From the sequence record DRR723986_9408: 54,015 nt of DNA. One strand, 5' to 3'. The stretch's first letter is position 1; every line of letters begins with the position of its first letter. Made by a program: the position numbers and the translations under genes. Below, piece by piece: positions 18,504 to 28,575 of the stretch. The notes beneath the pieces are model-generated. The model saw nothing but the letters and a program-made list of their open reading frames with translations. It was not told the DNA's origin and did no database searches.

Positions 18504-19739
18504 TCAAGATGCAAAAGCTTCTTTATTGCGTTCCCTACTTATTGTTCCTGGAATAGTTTGGTCCATTTTTAAAACTATGAATCCGCCAACTGCACAAATT
18601 GCCATGCCCATCACCATGGGGAATGCTGTGCTAGCATGAAATAGGCTTACTATCGCTGTCACAATTCCACCTATTGCCATTCGCATACTTCCCAGCATCG
18701 CCGAAGCAGAGCCTGCAGCCTTAGCAAATGGAGCCATAGAAAGTGCGGTAGTATTTGGGCCATTTAATCCGTGGGCTGTTAGGAATACAAACATTAGGGC
18801 GATCAGCGTAAAGACGTTAAACCAATTAAAATAGACACCTATTACCAAAATCAGCCCCACTGTCACTTGATAGTGTAAGGAGAAATTAATGATCTGCTGA
18901 CTCGAGTATTTTCGAAGCAAAATATGGTTTAGCTGAGTAGACCCTATCATTGCAAAAGCCAGAATAGCGAAGATCCAACCGAATTGATGCTCGCTCAAGC
19001 CGTATAAATTCATAAATACATCTGCTGAACTAGCGATGTAGGCAAAAGGTGCAGCTCCGGCTATCCCGCCCGCAAGCATGTACACCAAGAACTGGCGGTT
19101 TTCAAGAACTTTTATGTAGCCTTTCCAGACCTGCTTAGGTTTTAGAGAGATCTCTTTGTCCGGAAGGGCACCCGCAGGAAGTACAACTACAGTTGCAATC
19201 CAAATAATAGCTGTAAGTACTGCAAGGATGATAAATACCCAGTGCCAATCGTAGGCTGCCGTCACAAAGCCTCCCAAGGTAGGTGCGATCATAGGAGAAA
19301 CTGCGATCACCAAAACGAGCAAAGACATCGCTTGTGCAATTTTCTTCACTGGGAATATGTCTCGCACAATTGCCTGTGCTGATACCATTCCTGCACAACC
19401 GCCGATAGCCTGGAGAAAGCGCATGAAAATCAAGTTTTCTACAGACTGGGACATAGCACATCCGATAGAGGCTAAAATATAAATAGCCAAACCTGCATAA
19501 AGAGGTTTTTTGCGTCCGTATTTATCCAATAAAGGGCCATAAAACAACTGGCCAATTGCGATACCTACAAGGTATGCAGTTAAGGAAAGCTGAATATTTG
19601 AAATAGGGGTATTCAGATCCCTTGCCATTTCAGGAAAACCTGGAAGGTACATGTCAATAGAAAATGGGCTGATTGTACACAAGGCACCTAGTACCAGGAC
19701 AATTTTAAAGTATTCCGTTTTGCTATATTTCTTTTCCAC
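18504..19739 (-). CDS. Bcr/CflA-family MFS drug efflux transporter
   Basis: GTG start, IDMYLPGFP, MFS motif A (GPLLDKYGRKK), about 12 TM segments. Confidence 0.92.
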   Translation of the reverse strand: MEKKYSKTEYFKIVLVLGALCTISPFSIDMYLPGFPEMARDLNTPISNIQLSLTAYLVGIAIGQLFYGPLLDKYGRKKPLYAGLAIYILASIGCAMSQSVENLIFMRFLQAIGGCAGMVSAQAIVRDIFPVKKIAQAMSLLVLVIAVSPMIAPTLGGFVTAAYDWHWVFIILAVLTAIIWIATVVVLPAGALPDKEISLKPKQVWKGYIKVLENRQFLVYMLAGGIAGAAPFAYIASSADVFMNLYGLSEHQFGWIFAILAFAMIGSTQLNHILLRKYSSQQIINFSLHYQVTVGLILVIGVYFNWFNVFTLIALMFVFLTAHGLNGPNTTALSMAPFAKAAGSASAMLGSMRMAIGGIVTAIVSLFHASTAFPMVMGMAICAVGGFIVLKMDQTIPGTISRERNKEAFAS

Positions 19740-20098
19740 CCTAAAAATTATTTGATCTTAAAACTCGGAGTATCTGAGGTAAACAGGGGTAGATGTTAAT
19801 GAGTTCGTAAATATCTGGTTATTTTTTTATGGAATAATCAGGGTAAATTGTAGTGTGTTGAAAAATCATTAATCTGAATAGATTTTGTTAACATGTAACT
19901 GGATTCAATTGGATTATTCTGAATGTTTACAAATTCACCAAAGAATGCATGTTGAGTTAATTTGATCCTTTTCTGTAATTTTCATTTTTTCTATGCTAAA
20001 CTGAGAAATAAATCAACTCAAGGCTAAGGAGATAAATCAGCGGAGATAGCTAATCTTTAATGTTCTTGCAAGTAGGCCTCTTATTGTATTTGGGTTAG

Positions 20099-21853
20099 TT
20101 ATTTTTTCTCAAGTTCAACCCAAAAAGGGAAATATCGTTGCCCATCCACTTCATAAAAAGGCAGTAACTGCCCTTCGGTAGCTTGGAGAGAGACTCCTTT
20201 CATTTCAAATATGTCCACGTCTTCGCTTGATTTATCAATAGCGATGTTGGCATAGTTGGAAGTTTCAATGGTCATTCTTCCTTGGGGCGGAACTGGTTTG
20301 ATAAATTTCACGCGTATGTCATATACGCCAGGCTCGACCTTTACATTCCAATAACCAAATACATCCTCCTGCGCCCAAATTCCCCGCTCACCTGCAGCAT
20401 CATTTCTATTTAGAAAAATTGGGTTTTCGGCTGTACTTCCAACATGTATGAGTGGAGGATTTTTTTGGTTTTTCTCATTGATTAGCTCCAAGTAGAGCGC
20501 ATCCATTTCGGATTTTAATTCCTTTGCTTTTGATGAATTTTTTGAGGAAAGATTATTTAGCTCATAGGGGTCTTCATAAAGGTTGTATAAGTTGAATTTT
20601 TCGCTTTCTGAGTTGTATTCCGTATTCCCCACTAACTTCCAGCCCGCTTTTTGGATGGAAATATTTTGGTAAAGCTCAGGATATTTTCTAGTCCAATACG
20701 TAAAATAACTTCGATCGTTGATTGAAGTATTTTCGCCATTAATCAAGGGCACCATATTTTGACCATCTATTTTCCGGTCTTTTGGCAACTCAAATCCACA
20801 GAGATCCGCTAGAGTCGGTAACACGTCCAAATGTGCTGAAAGGTTAGTGACTTCTTTGTTGCCACTAAATCCTTCAGGATATCGGATGAAAAAGGGAGCT
20901 TTCACACCACCTTGAAAAACACTGCCTTTACGGCCTTTAAGCCCTGCTACATATCGCTGCTGCTGTGGGCCATTATCAGTCATAAAAATGACAATAGTAT
21001 TTTTCTCAATTCCCAGATCCTCTAGCTTTTGAAAAAGCTTTTTTAGATTATCATCGATATTTTCCACCATAGCATAGACCTTTCGAGCATCCTCTTTGTC
21101 TTTTTCAGACATGGGATAGAAGGGCTTGCCGTCAGTTCCAAAGCCAGCTGAAGGATCGACGTCCATATACTTTTGATAATACTCATCAGGGACCTGGAGT
21201 GGGGTATGTGGGGCGTTAAAGGCCAAATAGGTGAAAAAAGGAGTATCCTTGTTTTTCTCAATAAACTTAATCGCTTCGGCTGCGAAAATATCTGAGCAGT
21301 AACCTACATAACTTTCTTGCTCGTTATTATGCCAAAGCACCGGATCAAAATAGCTTCGATCGCCTTGGTAATAAGTGGTAAAATCTCCGACTTGCCCCAT
21401 TCCGCCCGAAAGATGAATCAAGGATTCATCAAAGCCCTGGTCGCTCGGTCGCATAGGATAATTATCTCCCAAATGCCATTTTCCAAAGATTCCAGTTTTA
21501 TAATTATTTGATTTCAACAGCTCCGCAATGGTGATTTCACTGCTTGCCATCATCGCACCTCCATTATAAGTGTCCCGAACACCGGTTCGCAAGGAATATC
21601 TTCCAGTCATCAAGCTCGCCCGGGTAGGAGCACAAACTGGAGATACATAGAAATTGGTAAACCTTACACTCTCAGCCGCAAAAGCATCAATTGCAGGTGT
21701 ATTGATATGTGGATTGCCATTTACAGCCAAATCCCCATAGCCCTGATCATCGGTGATAATTAGGATGACATTTGGAGCATGCGAGTTTTGCTGGGCAAAG
21801 CTGAGCTGTGAAGCGAAAAGTAAAAGTATAAAAAAGGTACGTTGGATATTCAT
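20099..21853 (-). CDS. Formylglycine-dependent (S1) sulfatase, secreted
   Basis: Signal peptide, PNVILIITDDQG, CAPTRASLMTG (CxPxR), GKWHLG and TDNG. Confidence 0.93.
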   Translation of the reverse strand: MNIQRTFFILLLFASQLSFAQQNSHAPNVILIITDDQGYGDLAVNGNPHINTPAIDAFAAESVRFTNFYVSPVCAPTRASLMTGRYSLRTGVRDTYNGGAMMASSEITIAELLKSNNYKTGIFGKWHLGDNYPMRPSDQGFDESLIHLSGGMGQVGDFTTYYQGDRSYFDPVLWHNNEQESYVGYCSDIFAAEAIKFIEKNKDTPFFTYLAFNAPHTPLQVPDEYYQKYMDVDPSAGFGTDGKPFYPMSEKDKEDARKVYAMVENIDDNLKKLFQKLEDLGIEKNTIVIFMTDNGPQQQRYVAGLKGRKGSVFQGGVKAPFFIRYPEGFSGNKEVTNLSAHLDVLPTLADLCGFELPKDRKIDGQNMVPLINGENTSINDRSYFTYWTRKYPELYQNISIQKAGWKLVGNTEYNSESEKFNLYNLYEDPYELNNLSSKNSSKAKELKSEMDALYLELINEKNQKNPPLIHVGSTAENPIFLNRNDAAGERGIWAQEDVFGYWNVKVEPGVYDIRVKFIKPVPPQGRMTIETSNYANIAIDKSSEDVDIFEMKGVSLQATEGQLLPFYEVDGQRYFPFWVELEKK

Positions 21854-21940
21854 TAGACTTTAGTTAATGCTTGATGATAGTCTAAAGTAGGTTATCTAAG
21901 TCGAAAAGCTATGCTGTGAATCGAATTCGTTTTAAATATA

Positions 21941-22175
21941 GATCGTGCCTTTGGCACAAATTATCATGGAAAAATTGGGCATCATACCTACTGACAGGTT
22001 TGAAGTGATCATTGCCAAAAATAGATAAGGCACCAGTAAATGATGAGCCATTTTTTTGAGTTGGTACTCTCAAATAAGTTGAGCCCCTTGCCATCGGCAA
22101 GGTCAATAGAAGCATAGAATGAAATTCTGGGTTGAAATAGAGTTGGATGATTTTATGAGTGCCAAAGGCACGATC
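21941..22175. mobile_element. Non-autonomous MITE/REPIN-like element, about 235 bp, with 17-bp terminal inverted repeats
   Basis: GATCGTGCCTTTGGCAC (21941-21957) and its exact reverse complement (22159-22175). Internal palindrome CCTTGCC-ATC-GGCAAGG (22086-22102). Confidence 0.6.
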
Positions 22176-22249
22176 AATAACCATAAAACTCTACTATTCT
22201 ACGACGACCTTCAAATCTTCTTACGTCATTGCTAGGGGAAATTGTCAGC

Positions 22250-23383
22250 CTAAAAATCAATCTCATCTATACTTCTCAGCTGCACATGCTTTTTCATCTT
22301 CTTTTGGATGATTTTGAAGTGGTGCAAATCTTCTTCAGCTATCAAGGAAATAGCCTCTCCAGTTGCTCCTGCACGACCTGTTCTCCCGATTCTATGCACA
22401 TAATCCTTCGGTGACCGCGGTAATTCATAATTGATGACCAGGGGCAAAAACTTGATATCAATTCCCCTGGCTGCCAAATCTGTCGCAACAAGAATCCTGG
22501 TTTTTCCGGATTTGAAACGGTGCAGAGCTTCAGTTCTAGCGCCTTGGCTTTTGTCTCCATGAAAAGCTAAAGCATCGATTCCGTTTTTGTTGAGTTTGGT
22601 GACGATGTTATTCGCTGCTCTGATGGAGGAAGCAAAAACCAAAATCTGTGACCAATCACCAGAATTGATCAAATATCGGAGAAAAGGGCCTTTTTGCTCC
22701 ATCGGAACTCGGTAAGCATACTGCTCGATAAGATCAGGAGAAACGGTATCTGGCTCAGCAGCAATCCGAACAGGATCATGAAGCATTTCGTCGATCAGTC
22801 CTTCTACAGATTCTTCAGTAGTTGCAGAGAAAAGTATGTTCTGGCGCTTCTTTGGTAGTTTTTCTAAAATCAGATCCACTTCCTCTTTGAATCCCATATT
22901 CAACACCTTGTCCGCTTCATCCAATACCAGAATTTCAACTTGATTCAGATTTAGAGAATTTTTAGAAAGCAAATCAAGCAATCGTCCGGGAGTAGCAACC
23001 AGGATATCTGTTCCGTAGATTTTCATCATCTGCGGATTGATAGAAACACCTCCGAAAACGGCCAGTGCCTTGACAGGTCGAGATAAAAATCTAGCGAAAT
23101 TCTCAGTCACTTCTGCCACCTGACTTGCTAGTTCACGGGTTGGGACAAGCACTAAAATCGGGATCATTCTACCCTTGTTAATAGGCTTTTCCTGAAGTCT
23201 TTGGAGAATGGGGAGGATGTAAGAAGCTGTCTTTCCAGATCCTGTTGGGGCTATTCCTAGTACATCCTTTTTTTGCAAAATAGCCGGAATAGCTTCTATC
23301 TGAATAGGATAGGGGCTATCATAGTTGGCTTTAGTGATTGCTTCAAGTATCTGCTTGGAAAGTCCTAAATCTGAAAAGTTCAT
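22250..23383 (-). CDS. DEAD-box RNA helicase (RhlE-like, core only)
   Basis: Q motif, APTGSGKT, PTREL, DEAD, SAT, ARGID and HRIGRTGR. Confidence 0.95.
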   Translation of the reverse strand: MNFSDLGLSKQILEAITKANYDSPYPIQIEAIPAILQKKDVLGIAPTGSGKTASYILPILQRLQEKPINKGRMIPILVLVPTRELASQVAEVTENFARFLSRPVKALAVFGGVSINPQMMKIYGTDILVATPGRLLDLLSKNSLNLNQVEILVLDEADKVLNMGFKEEVDLILEKLPKKRQNILFSATTEESVEGLIDEMLHDPVRIAAEPDTVSPDLIEQYAYRVPMEQKGPFLRYLINSGDWSQILVFASSIRAANNIVTKLNKNGIDALAFHGDKSQGARTEALHRFKSGKTRILVATDLAARGIDIKFLPLVINYELPRSPKDYVHRIGRTGRAGATGEAISLIAEEDLHHFKIIQKKMKKHVQLRSIDEIDF

Positions 23384-23399
23384 GAATTTATATTTTGGT

Positions 23400-23407
23400 C
23401 AAAGTTA
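23400..23407 (-). promoter_or_regulatory. Bacteroidota -7 promoter element for the helicase gene
   Basis: TAACTTTG on the minus strand, about 17 nt upstream of the ATG. Confidence 0.5.
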
Positions 23408-23421
23408 AGGCTTGGAAGTTA

Positions 23422-23850
23422 CTATTGCACTTTTTCAGTAATCTTCATCCCTGCACTTCCAGCATAAAAGACAATTATCTCTGCATCTTCATCGCCTAGA
23501 TTTCTACCTAAATGCTTTTTGTTCACTACTTCCACAATTGGGTCGCCTGCTTTCATTGTCAGCTCATTTCCATCTTCATCGATTACAAAAAGCTCTCCTT
23601 TCAGAAGTACACCCGCATTGATGACTGGATGAAAATGAAGAGGAAGTTCAGAATGTGCTGGAATGGTGATTTTTAGAATAGAAATTTCTGGCTTAGAGGT
23701 TGGGTATTGGGGTAAGGAATCTCCATTCCAAGAAAGTTCTGATTTGATGAGTGTTACCGAAGTTGGAGCGCGCTTTTCCCAAACTTCTTTTTTGATAACA
23801 TAAAATGAAAACAGAAATAGGATTGCAACTAGTAGTATGTTTTTCTTCAT
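23422..23850 (-). CDS. Cupin-domain protein with N-terminal signal/anchor
   Basis: LPLHFHPVINAGVLLKGEL...EVVNKKHLG cupin motifs. Confidence 0.82.
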   Translation of the reverse strand: MKKNILLVAILFLFSFYVIKKEVWEKRAPTSVTLIKSELSWNGDSLPQYPTSKPEISILKITIPAHSELPLHFHPVINAGVLLKGELFVIDEDGNELTMKAGDPIVEVVNKKHLGRNLGDEDAEIIVFYAGSAGMKITEKVQ

Positions 23851-24065
23851 TTTGACGTTTTAAAAGTTGAAAATGAATATACCAATTATGTCTGTTAAAA
23901 TTTTCATTGGGTCAGCAATGAATAATCAAGCCATTGAATTAATTCTTTCTTGCGTAAGTAAGTAATATGTTTAAAATTGTATCTGTCTTAAGTTGACTAG
24001 CCAAGATATTAGAGGTTAGCGACTTTAAGCGCTCTCAGCTCAAACCCAAAATACCAATTTGTAGT

Positions 24066-26618
24066 ATGTCGATTATTCGTATTGCTTCGTCTTTTTTGAT
24101 AGCAATAACCTTGTTTTCTTGTTCCAAATCAGTACAAGAAGACCCTTCAAACCCTTCTCCTGCCCAGTCTGCTGAAGAAGAATTAGAGACTTTCCAATTA
24201 GAAGAGGGATTTCAAATCCAGTTAGTTGCCGCCGAACCTATGGTTGAGGATCCGGTTTTTATCACATTTGATGAAGATTCGCGTCTTTGGGTAATTGAGA
24301 TGCGTGGATTCATGACTGACACGCTTGGATCGGAGGAAGATAAACCTATCGGGAGGATTTCGGTGCTGGAAGATGAGGATGGAGATGGGGTGATGGATAA
24401 AAGCACAATTTATCTTGATAGTTTGATCATGCCTCGTGCACTCGGTTTTTTTGCAGATGGGGTTTTGGTGTCTGAAAACACAGCACTTTGGGTTACCAAA
24501 GATCTGGATGGCGACCTGAAAGCTGATACAAAAGTTTTACTGGATTCAACTTATGCATCTTCTGGTAATCCTGAGCATTCGGATAATGGCTTGCTAAGAA
24601 ATGTTGATAATTGGTATTACAACGCTAAATCCAGGCTGAGATATAAATACCAGGATGGCGAATGGATTAGAGATACTACGGAGTTTCGTGGTCAGTGGGG
24701 CATCAGTCATGACGATCAAGGCCGCTTATTTTATAATTACAATTGGTCGCCGTTACATGTGGATCTGGTTCCACCAAACTACCTTTCTCGCAATCCCAAT
24801 CATTCTCCAACTATAGGAATTGATTACGGCGTCAGCAAGGAGCGTAGTGTTTTCCCTATTCGTCAGACGCCAGCAGTCAATCGAGGCTATATTCCTGGAG
24901 TCCTAAGCGATGACCAGCGCTTGATGGAGTTTACTGCAGCCTGTTCTCCATGGATTTATAGAGCTGGACTTTTTCCTCAGGAGTATTACGGAAATGCCTT
25001 CGTCGCTGAACCTGCCGGTAATTTGGTGAAGCGAAACATCATCAGCCAAACCGGCAATGTTTTGGAAGGAAAAGATCCACACTCGGGAGTTGAATTTTTA
25101 GCATCAACTGATGAGCGTTTTAGACCTGTTGACTTTGCAACTGGGCCGGATGGTGCACTTTACATCGCAGATATGTACCGTGGTTTGATTCAGCACGGAG
25201 AATATTTGACGCCTTATTTACGGGAGCAAACAATCGGGAGAGGATTGGAGATACCAGTTCATCTAGGTCGAATTTGGAAAATAGTGCCCAAGGGTAAAAG
25301 TAAAGTAGTACAGCCTAAGCTTTCAAAGAATAGCAATGATGAATTGATCGCATTTCTTTCAAATAGTGATGGCTGGTATAGAGATATGGCTCAGAGACTC
25401 TTGGTGGAGCGGAGTGATACAAGTGTAAAAGCGAAGTTAATGGAGCTCGTGGCTGATTCAAAGTCCACCGAACTAGGAAGATTTCATGCATTGTGGACCT
25501 TGGAAGGACTAAACCTGCTCTCAGCAGATTTCCTTTTATCAATCTTCGAAAATTCTTCAGGATTGATTCAAAGTACAGCTCTTAGATTATTGGAGCCATT
25601 TGCATTGCAGTCTAATGCAACCAAAGTTAGACTTACTGAGGCTATGGAAAAGGTAGCTGATTCTTCCACCTCACAGGAAGCACTGCAACTTTCGCTGAGT
25701 AGTTATGTATTGGAGTCTTCGGAATATGAACATGTGCTTTCTGTTATTTTCACCAAATACGGTGATGATCCTTTAATTCGCGATGCGATGATGAGTAGTT
25801 TGGGCGGAAGGGAATATGATTTCCTACAGAAGCTTTGGCAATCCGAAGACTGGAAAGTTAAAGGTCAGACCAAAGAGATTTTTCTTGAAACACTAGCCAG
25901 TGCAATTATTAAAAATGGAGATCAAAAAGAAGTAAAAGGTTTATTGGCTTTGGCAGACGAAAAAGAACTAGGCTGGAAGGAAAATATCCTGATCTCAGGA
26001 ATGTCCATTCAGGCGGCCAGCCTCAAAGATCGGAAGCCTATTCTGTTATCTTCAGAGCCGACATTTTTCAATAGAACTGATCTGCCGATTGATCAAAGTC
26101 GAGTGGAGATGCTGAAGCGAATGTTTGCTTGGCCTGGCTATACTCCTTCCGAAGTGAAGCTTGTTGCTAATCAGTTGGATGAGAAAGCACTTGAGCAATT
26201 TGCTGATGGTCGACAGAAATTCCTGATGACTTGCGCAGGATGCCATGGTTCAGATGGAGCAGGTGCTCCTAGAATGGGACCTCCTTTGGTTGGATCTGAG
26301 TGGGTTTTAGGTAACGAAGCTAGGCTCGCGATGATCTTGTTACATGGGTTGGAAGGTCCAGTGGAAGTAGCTGGCAAAACCTATGATGCTCCGGATATTC
26401 TCCCAGTTATGCCTGCACATTCCACCATGGATGATGGAAGTATTGCAGCGATTTTGACTTATATTAGGAATGAGTGGGGCAACAAAGCTTCACCCATTTC
26501 GAGTCGTACCATTGGTAAAACCCGGGTGTCTACTCAAGGAAGAGTTTACCCGTGGAAAGCGGACGAACTAGATGAGTACATAGAGTCATTACCTCCTGTG
26601 CAAGCTCCAAATCCGTAA
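24066..26618 (+). CDS. Lipoprotein with putative sugar-dehydrogenase-like beta-propeller, HEAT-like repeats and C-terminal cytochrome c (PVC-type heme-binding protein family)
   Basis: Lipobox LFSC, LVAAEPMVEDP, FRPVDFATGPDGALYIADMY, helical RFHALWTL repeat, CAGCH heme motif and a distal Met in VMPAH. Confidence 0.85.
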   Translation: MSIIRIASSFLIAITLFSCSKSVQEDPSNPSPAQSAEEELETFQLEEGFQIQLVAAEPMVEDPVFITFDEDSRLWVIEMRGFMTDTLGSEEDKPIGRISVLEDEDGDGVMDKSTIYLDSLIMPRALGFFADGVLVSENTALWVTKDLDGDLKADTKVLLDSTYASSGNPEHSDNGLLRNVDNWYYNAKSRLRYKYQDGEWIRDTTEFRGQWGISHDDQGRLFYNYNWSPLHVDLVPPNYLSRNPNHSPTIGIDYGVSKERSVFPIRQTPAVNRGYIPGVLSDDQRLMEFTAACSPWIYRAGLFPQEYYGNAFVAEPAGNLVKRNIISQTGNVLEGKDPHSGVEFLASTDERFRPVDFATGPDGALYIADMYRGLIQHGEYLTPYLREQTIGRGLEIPVHLGRIWKIVPKGKSKVVQPKLSKNSNDELIAFLSNSDGWYRDMAQRLLVERSDTSVKAKLMELVADSKSTELGRFHALWTLEGLNLLSADFLLSIFENSSGLIQSTALRLLEPFALQSNATKVRLTEAMEKVADSSTSQEALQLSLSSYVLESSEYEHVLSVIFTKYGDDPLIRDAMMSSLGGREYDFLQKLWQSEDWKVKGQTKEIFLETLASAIIKNGDQKEVKGLLALADEKELGWKENILISGMSIQAASLKDRKPILLSSEPTFFNRTDLPIDQSRVEMLKRMFAWPGYTPSEVKLVANQLDEKALEQFADGRQKFLMTCAGCHGSDGAGAPRMGPPLVGSEWVLGNEARLAMILLHGLEGPVEVAGKTYDAPDILPVMPAHSTMDDGSIAAILTYIRNEWGNKASPISSRTIGKTRVSTQGRVYPWKADELDEYIESLPPVQAPNP

Positions 26619-26621
26619 GTT

Positions 26622-27722
26622 ATGATCAGTTCTAACCCCAGCCTTTCGAGCTACAATTCAGACCGAAGGAATTTCATAAAGACTGCTGGGCTTGGGGCAA
26701 TGGCACTGACTTTTTCTCTACCAGCTATGCCAGATGACTTAAAGGTTGTACCAATGGGAGTGGTAGTGCATTCCTATGGAGCTAGGTGGCATTCGAAGGA
26801 TGGCAGTCAAAAGTATCCGGGTTTTGCCGATGCGATAGAAATGATGGAGCATTGTAAGCAAATCGGTGCTGGTGGCGTACAAGTTATAGTAAGTGGTTGG
26901 GCACAGGATTTTGCTAAAAAAGTAAGAGATAGAAGAGAAAAGCTAGACTTATATCTGGAAGGAAGTATTGGGCTTCCTAAGTCAGGTGATGAAATTTCAA
27001 AATTTGAGTCTGAGGTATTAGCTGCCAAAGAAGCTGGAGCTACTGTTCTTCGTACGGCATGCCTTAGTGGTAGGAGATATGTGGATTTTGAAACTGCTGA
27101 GGAGTTTATAGCCTTCAAAGAAAAGGCGCTGAAGTCTATAGAATTAGCTGAACCCATTGTGCGAAAGCATAAAATGAAGCTGGCTATAGAAAATCATAAG
27201 GACTGGCATGCTAAGGAACTCGAAGCGATCATCCAAACTCTTGGCAGCGAATGGGTGGGAGTTACCTTAGATTTTGGAAATAACATATCTTTTCTGGAAG
27301 ATCCGTTGGAAGTCATAAAGACCTTGGCTCCCTATACCTTTTCCACTCATGTGAAAGATATGGGGGTGAAAAACTATAAGGATGGATTTCTACTTTCCGA
27401 AGTGCCACTTGGCGAAGGAATTGTTGATTTGAAAGCTGGAGTCGACTGGTGCAGGAAATTCAATCCTTCGCTTACCTTTTCATTGGAGATGATTACCAGA
27501 AACCCTTTGGAAATCCCTTATTTGACTGATGAGTATTGGGCTACTTTTGAAGATGTTTCTGCAAAGAATACTGCAAAAGTACTTCGTAAGATAAATGAAA
27601 ACCTCTATTCTGGAGAGCTTCCAAATGTAAGGGGCCTAAGTGCCGAAGAGAAGTTGGCCTACGAAGAACAAAACGTGGTGTCTTGTCTGAATTATAGCCG
27701 AAATATCTTAGGCTTGGTTTAG
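26622..27722 (+). CDS. Sugar phosphate isomerase/epimerase (xylose isomerase-like TIM barrel) with Tat signal
   Basis: DRRNFIK twin-arginine motif. Metal motifs AIENH, LDFGN, THVKD and SLE. Confidence 0.85.
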   Translation: MISSNPSLSSYNSDRRNFIKTAGLGAMALTFSLPAMPDDLKVVPMGVVVHSYGARWHSKDGSQKYPGFADAIEMMEHCKQIGAGGVQVIVSGWAQDFAKKVRDRREKLDLYLEGSIGLPKSGDEISKFESEVLAAKEAGATVLRTACLSGRRYVDFETAEEFIAFKEKALKSIELAEPIVRKHKMKLAIENHKDWHAKELEAIIQTLGSEWVGVTLDFGNNISFLEDPLEVIKTLAPYTFSTHVKDMGVKNYKDGFLLSEVPLGEGIVDLKAGVDWCRKFNPSLTFSLEMITRNPLEIPYLTDEYWATFEDVSAKNTAKVLRKINENLYSGELPNVRGLSAEEKLAYEEQNVVSCLNYSRNILGLV

Positions 27723-27790
27723 TGAATTAGAATTTATGAGTGAAAGTATAATCGATAATTGACCGTTAACCTATATACCACATCAACATC

Positions 27791-28573
27791 ATGTCACAGA
27801 AATTACCCGGAATTAAACTTTTTGACCTAACAGGAAAAGCAGCAATTATCACAGGAGGCTCGAAAGGTCTTGGCTTAGCGATGGCCGAAGGGCTGGCTTC
27901 GGCTGGCGCACATGTGATGTTGGTTAGTAGAACGCTGAAAGAGGGAGAGGAATCAGCTCAGAGAATTTCCGAACTGTATGGCGTGAAGGCTATAGCTTTT
28001 GAAGCAGATGTAGTGAATAAAGAGCAGACAGAAGCGATGGCTAAAGCTGCTTTTGAGGCTTTTGGGAAAATAGATGTCTTGATTAACTCCGCTGGAATCA
28101 ATATTCGAGGTGCAATAGATGAATTAACCTTGGAAGATTTTCAGAAAGTGATGGACATCAATGTGACCGGAACTTGGCTTTGCTGTAGGGCTGTAACACC
28201 TCACATGAAAAAAGCCGGCAAGGGAAGTATTATCAACCTAGCAAGTACTTTGGGATTGGTCGGTTTATCAAATAGAACTCCCTATACTTCCAGCAAAGGC
28301 GCAGTGGTTCAGATGACTCGGGCGCTTGGATTGGAGTTTGCCCCATTCAATATCAATGTGAATGCAATTTGTCCTGGACCATTTTTGACAGAAATGAATT
28401 TGCCAATTGCAGATACTGAAGAAGGAATGAAGTTCGTCGTCGGAGCTACAGCACTAGGTAGATGGGGTAAGTTGGAAGAAATTCAGGGTGCTGCGATTTA
28501 CTTGGCTTCAGATGCAGCGAGCTACATGGTGGGTTCCATGCTGACTGTGGATGGAGGATGGACGGCGAGGTGA
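27791..28573 (+). CDS. Short-chain dehydrogenase/reductase (gluconate 5-DH/KduD-like)
   Basis: TGGSKGLG, NSAG, YTSSK (YxxxK) and VDGG. Confidence 0.92.
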   Translation: MSQKLPGIKLFDLTGKAAIITGGSKGLGLAMAEGLASAGAHVMLVSRTLKEGEESAQRISELYGVKAIAFEADVVNKEQTEAMAKAAFEAFGKIDVLINSAGINIRGAIDELTLEDFQKVMDINVTGTWLCCRAVTPHMKKAGKGSIINLASTLGLVGLSNRTPYTSSKGAVVQMTRALGLEFAPFNINVNAICPGPFLTEMNLPIADTEEGMKFVVGATALGRWGKLEEIQGAAIYLASDAASYMVGSMLTVDGGWTAR

Positions 28574-28575
28574 TT

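Noticed and set aside
19952-20021. 12-bp imperfect inverted repeat (TTGAGTTAATTT / AAATCAACTCAA)
   Set aside because: AT-rich, one mismatch and a 46-nt spacer; plausible by chance.
21909-22184. 91-aa minus-strand ORF
   Set aside because: It coincides with the inverted-repeat element and has no protein-like motif, so it is likely spurious.
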